64,000 nucleotides of DNA from Eledone cirrhosa. Lineage: Eukaryota. Positions within the stretch are counted from its first letter, which is position 1, and each line of letters opens with the position of its first letter. Location: assembly GCA_964016885.1 (NCBI GenBank), contig CAXHJY010000862.1, forward strand, positions 18,725-82,724, in the 5' to 3' direction. Below the pieces are notes generated by a model that saw only the letters and a list, made by a program, of their open reading frames with translations, ran no database searches and was not told where the DNA came from. The position numbers and the translations under genes are program-made. Below are positions 1-11,183 of the stretch, in pieces.

Positions 1-77
1 TCGATCGTTCCTTTCATATATAAAACATATATATGATATATATATATGATATATATATATATAATATATATATATGA

Positions 78-443
78 TATGGCTTAGTGGTTAGAGCATT
101 GGCCTTGCAATCGAAAGGTTATGCGTTCAATTCTCGGACCGAGTGATGTGTTGTTTCCTTGAGCAATACACTTTATTTCACATTACTCAGCTGTAGAAAT
201 GAGATGATAGGACTGGGGTCCCTATCATACCACTGCAAAGTGGTTGTGGAGGTGACATGGCAAAAAAGCACCCAGCCTACACTGTAAAGTGGACGTGTAG
301 GCGCCACAGAAAAAAAGCACCCAGCACTCACTGTAAATGAGGTTGGTGTTAGAAAGGCCATCCAGCTGTAGAAAGCAAGCCAGAATCAGTTCCCGTCCCA
401 CCCTTGCAAGCATGGAAAAGCAGATGTAAAATGATGATGATGA

Positions 444-447
<4 letters not shown>
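78..447 (+). mobile_element. tRNA-derived SINE (family A: CORE-like middle, RTE-like 3' tail ending in (GAT)n)
   Basis: A box TGGCTTAGTGG, B box GTTCAATTC, CORE-like TCCTTGAGCAATACACTTTATTTCAC, tail GGAAAAGCAGATGTAAAATGATGATG matching the 3' end of the RTE at 7947-7990. Confidence 0.8.
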
Positions 448-478
<31 letters not shown>

Positions 479-491
479 AACGAGTAGGACC

Positions 492-540
<49 letters not shown>

Positions 541-654
541 AAAAGTTCTATTTAAATTGTTGGGATACAACAAGCAAATATTTTTATAACTGATATAAAG
601 CACTCAACAAATATTTGGAGTAAAAATACGATATTAACAAATGGAAACTATATT

Positions 655-719
655 TATTTCATTATACATATTTCAAGGACACCAAGTTAAATTATGGTGT
701 GCTTTCATCAGATAAAATA
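655..719 (-). ncRNA. Type I hammerhead ribozyme in PLE1 3' pLTR
   Basis: Minus strand: TATTTTAT-CTGATGA-AAGCACACCA..TGGTGTCCTT-GAAA-TATGTA-TA-ATGAAATA; stems I and II pair. Confidence 0.8.
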
Positions 720-2164
720 TAATATAGATCAGTTTTATAAATAAATATTAACATACCCTTAAAGAATGCAACCATTGCTGTTGGAAGCTCCCGGATAGTA
801 GAGTTGTAGCTTTAATTATATTATTAGTATTGGATATTTTTATTTTTAAAATAAGCCGTTGGGTTACGGAGAAAGAGAAGGAGAGAGAAAGAAAAAGAGA
901 GAGAAAGACTAGAACAACCGAGAGAGAAAGATAGAGAGAGAGAGAGGGGAGACAGAGAAAAGGGGAGAGAACGAAAAAAACTCTAAGTCATATCTTGTTG
1001 AGTTAACTTAACAATTGAGATGAAATGATTAAATTAGAAATGTTAATAATCATGAATGGAATATACATATATAATATGAAAAATTTAACCATTGTTTAGA
1101 TGATTAGATGTTTAGTTAATCATTTTAAATATTGAGATCAATATATTAAAAATTGGGATCTATATATTAAGAAATCCATATATTATTAAAGATCTATATA
1201 TTATATAACACGTATACACACGCAAAAATACATACATATAAATATATATACACACTTATAAAATACATATACATATCTAATTACGTATATAATATATACA
1301 CACAAAACATAAAGGATTCTTTAATTTAATTTAAGATATTTGAAATGTTATAATTGTTAAGATATTAAAGGAAATTTTATGTTATACACACTTTATGTTA
1401 TTAAACAAAATTTTTTATATAAGTTTTATAAGATTACCTGTTATGTATTTATGGCTGTTATTATATGTCTATCTGTCACGAATCTTGGGATAATCACTAT
1501 ACATAAGTGCAATCGAATTGTATGGATATACACGCACATGTACATACACAATTCCCACATATACATACATATATGTACCCTCAACAAATAGGTAAATACG
1601 CATCATGTATATATATACATACAGATAGACATACATGCATAAAACATATGTACATGTATGTCAATATACACATATAGAGAGAAGTATACATAAATACAGT
1701 ACATAGTATAATTGAGTACATAAAATACAAAAGAATTATATTACAATTTGGAAATATAATTATAAGCAATATAACTTTAAAAACAATATAATTTAAAAAT
1801 ATTATAGAATATTTTAAGTTATAATTTCAAAATAATAGTATGTTTAATAGATTTAGTATAGAAAATTTCTACGTATATTTAACTTAATTTTATATCCATA
1901 AGAGAAATAAACAGAAACTTTGAAAGGATAAACTTTCGAAAATAGGAGAAGCTATCAAACAATAAAAAATAAAAAAAATATAAGAAATATTTTCTCCTTT
2001 CAAGAGCTCTCAATATATTTCTCTAGAATAGTTTATTATATTTATTTATATTTAGGAAGAAAAGTTATTTTTACTTGAGTGTATAATCAGTCAAAAAAGA
2101 TGAAGGAATCTAATGATTTATCGACAGGTTCAATATATTAATAATAAAATTAATTAATTATATA

Positions 2165-3724
2165 TTACATTTTAAATTTATATTTATATTTAAACGTTGA
2201 GTTTGATCTATGTCTGCAGCAACTGAATAAATTATTTCTTAAGTTCAGGGAATTTTTGGTCTTTAATATAAAGACTATTTCCTCTATACAAAGATCACAA
2301 TTTTCTGAAGAGGAGTTAAAAGGAGTAGCTTTTGAAATAATATTCCAAATCAACGAATATTCAACGTTCTTTAGTTTTAGGTCCCATAATAGGCTAGATA
2401 GAGAAGTTGAAGATTTTTTGTTTGGATCTGTAAAAGAATTTTTATGATTATTGAAGCGGGATTTAAACTCTGTGGAAGTGGATCCCACATAATTAAATGA
2501 ATTTAAATTAGTTTTTACATTACAATTATATACTATATTTTTAGCTAAGCAATTGTTATTTAACGGACAGTTAGATTTATTTCTACAGTTACATTTATCA
2601 AATTGGATATTGCTTGGGTTATTAGTGGTATTTTGGTTAGGTTTTAAATTTCTATTATTAATTCTATTAATATTTTGTGCTAAATTGTTGGTGGAAGAAT
2701 AAGTTAATTTTATAGTATGTCTATTAAAAATTGAGTAATACCTATGTGTTCTAGGGAAGCATTTGTCCAGAGCTTTAAAAAATAGTTTAGCAATAGGGGT
2801 TTTAATATTTAACGAGAAAGGGGGAGCGAACCATAATATGTTCCTAGTTCTATTTCTTTTTCGGCTTTCGGAATTAATGTAAGGTTTTCTATTATAGTTG
2901 TTAAAATTGTTACCATAGTTAAAATTGTTACGATTATGGTTAGTTGTTATATTATTATTATTATCGATGTATTTAATTTTATTTCTATACCCAGCTCTAC
3001 CTAACGCTTCGTTGTAATAATGTGCTTTTTCATCAAATATATTCTTATTAGCTGAAATTCTCGAAATTCGTTCTTGTACAGAGTTCACTATAGTATTTTT
3101 AACAGATCTGGGGTGATTAGAGTTAAAATTGACGTAATTTAAGTTCTCATTTAGTTTGTGAAATGGATAATGAAGACATGTGTTAAGATTTAGTGTTACA
3201 TCTAGAAATTTAACTATTTTATGGTTATTCTCTATTTCTACTTTCAGATTAAGGTAATTAAAAAATTGTATAATTTGTTTTCTTTTTCTATTTAGTTCAC
3301 AGTTATTATTTTCTATAAGTAAAAGCATGTCGTCACGATATAAACCTCCGGTTATCTCAGGTATTTTTCTATGTAGAGAATTATTTATAAATAGGCCCAC
3401 AAGATCCATTACCTGAGCGGAATCGGATGATCCCATAGTTATATCGAAATTATTATTTCTATCTGCCCTAGTCCAGAGTTGGTTATTAAATTCTATTAAT
3501 GTTTTCCGTGCCGATAATATAATGTGCATTTCATTGCTAGTTATGTCTGTATGTTTAAATGCGTAAGTTAGTGCTTTATTCAGTAGATTAGGAGTGATAG
3601 ATGAGTAATAGTTAGCAATATCCAACTGAATAAACTTATTATTATAGTTATATTTAATTTCTTTAAACCTATCGATAACTTCACCAGTTCCTTTCCATAA
3701 TTTTAAATAAGATAAATTCTTAAT
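2165..3724 (-). CDS. PLE reverse transcriptase/GIY-YIG endonuclease (N-terminally truncated, open frame)
   Basis: About 520 uninterrupted codons with RT and endonuclease motifs. The first 23 aa of the track ORF come from an unrelated inverted repeat (3723-3803). Confidence 0.85.
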   Translation of the reverse strand: MKNLSYLKLWKGTGEVIDRFKEIKYNYNNKFIQLDIANYYSSITPNLLNKALTYAFKHTDITSNEMHIILSARKTLIEFNNQLWTRADRNNNFDITMGSSDSAQVMDLVGLFINNSLHRKIPEITGGLYRDDMLLLIENNNCELNRKRKQIIQFFNYLNLKVEIENNHKIVKFLDVTLNLNTCLHYPFHKLNENLNYVNFNSNHPRSVKNTIVNSVQERISRISANKNIFDEKAHYYNEALGRAGYRNKIKYIDNNNNITTNHNRNNFNYGNNFNNYNRKPYINSESRKRNRTRNILWFAPPFSLNIKTPIAKLFFKALDKCFPRTHRYYSIFNRHTIKLTYSSTNNLAQNINRINNRNLKPNQNTTNNPSNIQFDKCNCRNKSNCPLNNNCLAKNIVYNCNVKTNLNSFNYVGSTSTEFKSRFNNHKNSFTDPNKKSSTSLSSLLWDLKLKNVEYSLIWNIISKATPFNSSSENCDLCIEEIVFILKTKNSLNLRNNLFSCCRHRSNSTFKYKYKFKM

Positions 3725-3802
3725 TCGCAGAAAAAACACCCCGAGAATGGGGGGGGGGGGGATTCTGAGAATCTGTCTTTTATCTAAGTTCATAGGTCAG
3801 AT

Positions 3803-4075
3803 TCATCATCATCATCACCGTTTTACGTCCGTTCTTCCACGCTAGCATGGGTTAGACGGGTTGTCCTGTTGTGGGCAGTGTCTGGTCGGCTGACCATGCC
3901 CTGCTCATACAGGAACTGATTTGGCTAGATTTCTACAGCTGGATGCCCTTCCTAACACAAACCTCATTTACAGTGAGTCTTGGGTGCTTTTTTGTAGCGC
4001 CTACACGTCCACTTTACAGTGTGGGCTGTGTGCTTTTTTGCCGTGGCACCTCCACGGCCACCTTGCAGTGGGGGG
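3803..4075 (-). mobile_element. SINE family A fragment (3' part)
   Basis: Begins with (CAT)n-ACCGTTTTACGTCCGTTCTTCCACGCTAGCATGGG and contains CTACAGCTGGATGCCCTTCCTAAC. Related copies at 4975-5250(+), 8962-9390(-), 10003-10400(-), 25560-25852(-), 36690-37120(-), 48020-48168(+). Confidence 0.75.
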
Positions 4076-4647
4076 GGGGGGGGGTAGGGGGGCATATTGT
4101 CTATATGCTATATGCATTATATTATATTATATATGCATTATATTATTTTATATATATATTACATTATATATATATATATATATACATTATATATTATATA
4201 TATATATTACATTATATATATACGTTATATTATATATATATACATATTATATATATACATTATATTATATTATATATATATATATACAAATATATAAAGG
4301 TTAACATAAAGTTATAGATATATACATGTTGCAACTGGTCACTTTTAAGCTCTATGAAAAATTAATAAATTAAAAAATCAGAGCAATATATCATAAATCA
4401 TGTCTTTAGAATCATCAGATAAAATATATACTATTTCTTCTTCTAATTAGCATAATTAACCATATTAAATAGTATATATTTTATCTGATGATTCTAAAGA
4501 CATGATTTATGATATACATATATATATATATGCATTATATTATATTATATTATATTATATTATATTATATATATATATACATTATATTATATTATATATA
4601 TACATTATATATATATATACATTATATTATATGTGCATATATTACAT

Positions 4648-4690
<43 letters not shown>

Positions 4691-4938
4691 ATGTATATAT
4701 TATATATATAATATATATTGTATATATAATATATATATATACATTATATTATATTATATATATATACACATTATACTATATATATATACATTATATAGAT
4801 TACATATATATATATATATATATAATATAATGTATATATTATATATATAATATATATTGTATATATATATATATATAATATATATTGTATATATATACAT
4901 TATATTTATATACATTATATTATATTATATATATATAC

Positions 4939-4975
<37 letters not shown>

Positions 4976-5524
4976 ACAACATCCAGTCCGAAACAAATGA
5001 GGTCGTGTAGGTGTCACGACAAAAAACACACAGTCCACGCTGTAATGTGGCTATGTAGGCAACACGGTAAAAACCTCCCAGACCCACACTGTAAATGTGG
5101 TTGGTGTTAGGAAGGGCATCCAGCTGTAGAAAACCCGCCAGACAGTCCTATACGAGCAAGACAACCACTCTTGCCTCAAGTGGGAAAGCCCCCCGTCCAA
5201 ACCCATGTAAGCGTGGAACAGGGACGTTAAACGATGATGATGATGATGATATATATATATATATATATAATCTGACCTATGAACTTAGATAAAAGACAGA
5301 TTCTCAGAACCCCCCCCCCCCATTCTCAGGGCGTTTTTTTCTGCGAATCAGTGATAGGTCAATAATAACCAAGGGTAGTATTATATCAAGCCTGCGTTAT
5401 CAATGTAACATGTGGTGAGTGTGTATAGAAGACAGAGGGAGGAGAAGACAGAAGGAGATGTGTGTCTGTGTGCATCATAACTCATACACTGTTCTAGTTC
5501 TTGACATTTGTACATTATTCTATG

Positions 5525-5557
<33 letters not shown>

Positions 5558-5558
5558 C

Positions 5559-5610
<52 letters not shown>

Positions 5611-5647
5611 TATATATATATATACACACACATACACACACATAATA

Positions 5648-5713
<66 letters not shown>

Positions 5714-5958
5714 GCTTAATAAATAGTTTAGCCAATGATTAACCCAGAAAGTTTATCAAATATCCGGCCTGGTTTATTATATAAACGAGACACTTGATGA
5801 AAGCTTTCATTTCTCTGTCTGTATGAACTGAAGTTCTTTAGCTGCTGTTTTCTGTGAATCAACAAGCCATTTCTAAGAACTGAGAAAAAACATTTCCTTG
5901 ATTGAGGTAAATATTCTTATAAAACTTTTAATTAATCAAAAATACTAACACATTTATA

Positions 5959-6678
5959 TTAACCCTTTAGTATTTACATTACTCTATATATACTATTGTA
6001 TTTTCACAGTAAAGGCTTTACCTCACATAATATCTCACATAACATTTACATTACTCTATATATACTATTGTATTTTCACAGTAAAGGCTTTACCTCACAT
6101 AATATCTCACATAACATTTACATTACTCTATATATACTATTGTATTTTCACAGTAAAGGCTTTACCTCACATAATATCTCACATAACATTTACATTACTC
6201 TATATATACTATTGTATTTTCACAGTAAAGGCTTTACCTCACATAACATCTCACATAACATTTACATTACTCTATATATACTATTGTATTTTCACAGTAA
6301 AGGCTTTACCTCACATAATATCTCACATAACATTTACATTACTCTATATATACTATTGTATTTTCACAGTAAAGGCTTTACCTCGCATAATATCTCACAT
6401 AACATTTACATTACTCTATATATACTATTGTATTGTCACAGTAAAGGCTTTACCTCACATAATATCTCACATAACATTTACATTACTCTATATATACTAT
6501 TGTATTTTCACAGTAAAGGCTTTATCTCACATAATATCGAATCTATGAGATTTTCATGTTATTTATTTTGTGAACAATACCTTAACATCAGTATGCAGGG
6601 CTGGTTACAGCTGGTTTGAACAGAAAGAGATGAGAGAATTCTGGCCGGTTACGGCCGGTTTATATATAAAAGGATTAA
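5959..6678 (+). mobile_element. piggyBac-like MITE with internal 72-bp tandem expansion
   Basis: Starts TTAA-CCCTTTAG and ends AAAGGA-TTAA. Body matches unexpanded copies at 28958-29168 and 46332-46560. Confidence 0.7.
5973..6537. repeat. 72-bp minisatellite, about 8 near-identical units
   Basis: Unit TTTACATTACTCTATATATACTATTGTATTTTCACAGTAAAGGCTTTACCTCACATAATATCTCACATAACA. Confidence 0.95.
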
Positions 6679-6934
6679 ATTTTATTGGGTGTGTTCAATT
6701 CCTTCCATCTTAATGTATGAAATTCATATATTAGCTTAGTGTGCTTTTTCATCCAAATGTCTTTCTGCTACCAATTTCTGTGGTCGTACCAAGGGGCTGT
6801 CTGCCTCAAGTTAGCAACGAGAGGGGATCTGTCGAGCTTCTTCACTTTCTTCAGATCACTTTGCTTTCTTTCTGTTGGCCTTCACTATAGTAATCTGGCA
6901 TTTGAAGGGATGTTACACATCACACTTCCTCCCA

Positions 6935-7065
6935 AATAGAAACATGGATGATGCGACTCTAGCAGGCTTGATAGAATCTGTTGCTGAGGACCTCCAGTGG
7001 GTCATCCCTGCCCTAAGGTACCTAGGATTGGAGATCAAGTCCGAGGTTGTCAATGTGAGCTAAGA
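6935..7065 (+). pseudogene. Degenerate non-LTR reverse transcriptase fragment (CRE-like)
   Basis: Translation MDDATLAG..VAEDL..LRYLGLEI resembles the YxDD-containing RT segments; short and interrupted. Confidence 0.35.
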
Positions 7066-7325
7066 CAAAATTGAATTCCTAGCTCTGCATCAATCCTGTC
7101 CTGACTGAGGCCTGGTTGAACCAGAAGGACACCATCTGCATTCTCCAAACCCCACCTGAAAGCCACACACGAATACCTGGGGACCAAGCATGCAGGCATG
7201 CTTGCTCCCCAAGTATTTGTGTGTAGCACACATATATATGTGTGTGTATATATATATACACAAAATATATATTCCAAAACTGGAATTGAACCATCAGCAC
7301 AGTTGAGGTACGTCAGGCATAAATT

Positions 7326-7391
7326 TATTTTATCTGATGAGGACGTACTGATGAAACAGCTCAGTACCTCTGAAATATATATAATAAAATA
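7326..7391 (+). ncRNA. Type I hammerhead ribozyme
   Basis: TATTTTAT-CTGATGA-GGACGTACTG..CAGTACCTCT-GAAA-TATATA-TA-ATAAAATA. Confidence 0.8.
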
Positions 7392-7459
7392 TATTTGATC
7401 ACATGAATGTCTATATTTATTAATATTTTGAAGTAATATATATATATATATACATATGA

Positions 7460-7925
7460 CCAAAGATTAATATGGTTTGTTGATTACTCAACGAATACAG
7501 TTTTAAATAGATTAGAAGCACTCAACACTAGGTTTTCCTGGAGTTTTTAATATTATTCAAAATGTTAACAAGTGAAAAATATTCACATAATCAAAATATA
7601 TACTTTATTATATATATTTCAAAGGTACTGTGCTGTTTTTTTCAGTACGTCCTCATCACACAAAATATATGATTTGATATATGACATACTGCTACCGTCT
7701 TGATTATTCAATTCCCGTATTGGCAGTACGGGAATTGAATAATAAACTGCCAATACGGGAATTGAATAATCAAGACCGTAGCGGTATGGCATATATCAAA
7801 TCATATATTTTGTCTGATGAGGACGTACTGAAAAAAACAGCACAGTACCTTTGAAATATATATAATAAAGTATATATTTTGATTATGCAAATATTTTTCA
7901 TTTGTTAACATTTTGAATAATATAT
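7460..7925. mobile_element. Fold-back (head-to-head) PLE pLTR pair with two hammerhead folds
   Basis: Inverted repeat centred near 7735. The + fold at 7804-7874 has an intact core; the - fold at about 7598-7668 has GTGATGA (C3G). Confidence 0.8.
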
Positions 7926-7946
7926 ATATATACATATATATATATA

Positions 7947-8850
7947 TCATCATCATCATCATTTTACGTCCGCTTTCCCCTGCTTGCAAGGGTTGGGCGG
8001 GTCTTATTCAGCACATCATCTCTCCACTTGTCACGGTCCTTCGTCATCTCCTCGGTGAGTTTCAGCGATCTGAGGTCTGCTCTCACCACCTCCACCCACG
8101 TTTTTCGTGGTCTACCTCTACTGAGTCTTCCCTCCACTGGGACTTCCTGGCACTTCTTTACCCAGCGGTCATCCTCCATGCGCATCACATGTTCATACCA
8201 TCTCAGTCTTCTCTCCTGCACACCACAACTTATCCCTCTTATACCCAGTTTCTTTCTCAACTCGTCTATGCTTAGTCATTCACGCACATTGACATTGCAC
8301 ATCCAATGGCGCATACTTGCTTCATTTCTCTCCAGCCATCGCATATCTTCTGCAGTTGCTGCCCATGTCTCACTACCATGCAGCATCGCGCATCTCACAC
8401 AGACATCATATAACTGTCCTTTCGTATGCAGGGAGAAACCTTTCTTTGTCAACAGAGGCAGCAGCTCCCTAAACTTCTTCCAACCCGTCCTTATTCTAGA
8501 TACTATGGCTTCGGAACACCCCCACCCCCCTCCCATTCTAATCTGTTCATCTAGGTACCAGAAGCTATCAACCACTTCTATAGAACCCACCTGCATTGGA
8601 AAAATGAGTATCACAGCAATTACTACTGCCAACTTTCCCTCTACATCTACTGCATACGTAGTTTTCCCTACCAGTTAGTTTGCCTGCTATCCCACTACAT
8701 CTCTTGTGTACCCAAGATCTGCATTGCATACATTTTATGGAATGTATGCCAGTTCCTTTCCTACATATCGAACATGGCCGTTTCCGTGATGGAATCAGAG
8801 TATTGTCCTTTTTTGGCTTTAGGTTGCAGATAACTAGATGGTGAGCAATT
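7947..8850 (-). mobile_element. RTE-clade LINE, 5'-truncated and frameshifted
   Basis: VVDSFWYL..SRIRTGWKKFRELLPLLT..MLHGSETW and RRLRWYEHVMRM..GRPRKTW..VRADL; Cys-rich insert CSICRKG..CMQCRSWVHKRC; (GAT)n tail. Confidence 0.9.
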
Positions 8851-9419
8851 GACAACTTAGCCCCTCTCTTAATACGAAGTTGTAGCTGCAGTGTAGCAGC
8901 TACCAATCGATATATATATATAATATTATATTTATATATATATATATAATATTTATATATATATCATCATCATTTTACGTCCGTTCTTCCACGCAGCATG
9001 GTTAGACGGATTGTCCTGTTGTGAGCAGTGTCCAGTCGGCTGACTTTGTCTTGCTCATACAGGAACTGATTTTTGCTTGATTCCTACAGCTGGATGCCCT
9101 TCCTAACACCAACCTCATTTACAGTGAGAGGTGGGTGCTTTTTTCCGTGGCACCTACACGTCCACTTTACAGTGTGGGCTGGGTGCTTTTTTTGCCGTGG
9201 CACCTCCACAACCACTTTGCAGTGTGTGTGTGTGTGGCGGGGGGGAATATTATCTATATGCTTCAGCTTCGGTTTGTTCCTGTGGGGGGGGGTCGGGTCT
9301 TCTGTATTACTGCGTGACGCCAGAGGTCACGGTCGTGTGTCATTCCCCTTGAGAGGTGCATTTGGAGAAGGTCGGCCTTTATCACCTCATATATATATAT
9401 ATTATATTTATATATATTA

Positions 9420-9457
<38 letters not shown>

Positions 9458-9573
9458 TAATAATAATAAATTTGAAGACTAAAATCCAAAGAGGGCTCGA
9501 TAAGTTTCAGAAGATCCCGTTAAGAGTGAAAGCAGCGATTCTTTGCTTAAACTTTAATCTGTTATTTTAATAA

Positions 9574-9611
<38 letters not shown>

Positions 9612-9620
9612 TTATATATA

Positions 9621-9663
<43 letters not shown>

Positions 9664-9743
9664 TTATATATATATTTATATATATATTTATATATATAGT
9701 GACGAAACATAAGTCAATTGCATGAACTCATAATCCTTTATTT

Positions 9744-9799
9744 ACTGCTATATATATTTCGATGATAGCCATTGAATGGCTATGACCTCATCAGGCAGT
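9744..9799 (-). ncRNA. Type I hammerhead ribozyme (same family as the PLE3 3' end)
   Basis: ACTGC-CTGATGA-GGTCATAGCCAT-TCA-ATGGCTATCATC-GAAA-TATATA-TA-GCAGT. Confidence 0.85.
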
Positions 9800-9811
9800 T
9801 AGTCAGTTCTT

Positions 9812-9845
<34 letters not shown>

Positions 9846-10706
9846 ATATATATATATTTATAATATTTATAATATATATATATATTTATAATATTTATAA
9901 TATATATATTTATAATATTTATAATATATATATTTATAATATTTATAATATATATATATATTTATAATATTTATAATATATATATATATTTATATATATA
10001 TATCATCATCATCATCATCATCATCATCATCGTTTAACGTCCGTGTTCCATGCTTGCATGGGTTTGGACGGGAGTTTTCCCACTTGAGGCAAGAGTGGTT
10101 GTCTTGCTCGCATAGGACTGTCTGGCGGGTTTTCTACAGTTGGATGCCCTTCCTAACACCAACCACATTTACAGTGTGGGGCTGGGAGGTTTTTACCATG
10201 TTGCCTACACGGCCACATTACAGCGTGGACTGTCTGGCAGGTTTTCTACAGCTGGATGCCCTTCCTAACACCAACCACATTTACAGTGTGGGACTGGGAC
10301 GTTTTTACCGTGTTGCCTACACGGTCACATTACAGCGTGGACTGTGTTTTTTTTTCGTGACACCTACACGATCTCATTTGTTTCGGCCTGGATTTTGTGG
10401 CACCAACATAACTTTACATTGAAAGGGGTGGTGTGGATGGGGTGGGGGTGGTGGGACGGGGGTGTATTTTGTTAGAGATGCCTACTGACTGTAGTAGGTT
10501 TTACTTTATATTTAGGTAACGCGGGTCTTCTCTGTTACTGAGTACCGCCAAAGGTCTCGGTCCAGTGACATTGTCTTGGAGAGGTGTAAGTGTGTGAGGT
10601 CGGAATTTATCAGCTCGTCCCAGGTTTTTCTGGGTCTGCCTACTCCGTGGCTACCATCTATCTTTATTGCCCTGCACTTTGTTATACAGCTGTCGTCTTA
10701 TATATA

Positions 10707-10737
<31 letters not shown>

Positions 10738-10818
10738 ATATTTATAATATATATATATATATATAATATTTATAATATATATATATAATATTTATAATAT
10801 ATATATATATATTTATAA

Positions 10819-10880
<62 letters not shown>

Positions 10881-11183
10881 ACCATACATACATACATACA
10901 AAAGATATTCTCTTGAAAAACTAATATTTTCACAAAACTAATCAATGTTTCTTTTCCCTATATTTCATTTTAGATTTGGTAAGAAATTGGTAAACTGATC
11001 TGGAAACCTTGAAATCTTGAAAATTGGAATCGCAGCTCATTAGTTACCAACATACACGTCACTCATTACACACCAAAACACACACACACACATACATATA
11101 TTGTAGTGGACCTGAGCACTGTAGACAATAATTTTCATTATATTATATGATATATAAGCAGTTGTAGTAACTAGATATAAACA

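Larger units (their letters stand above)
540..3724 (-). mobile_element. Penelope-like retroelement 1 (5'-truncated; RT + GIY-YIG, 3' pLTR with hammerhead)
   Basis: ORF 2165-3793 has RT motifs (QLDIANYYSSI, FDITMGSSDSAQ, GLYRDD, FLDVTLNL), linker CNCRNKSNCPL and GIY-YIG (IVY..NYVG..FKSRFNNH..CDLC..CRH). Long AT-rich 3' region ends at a (TA)n tract. Confidence 0.9.

Noticed and set aside
3725-3793. N-terminus MNLDKRQILRIPPPP of the PLE1 ORF
   Set aside because: Belongs to the inverted repeat shared with 5269-5349, not to the RT.
5973-6537. Regular repeat array resembling CRISPR, and its 207-aa ORF
   Set aside because: Units are contiguous with no unique spacers, there are no cas genes, and the unit derives from a MITE.
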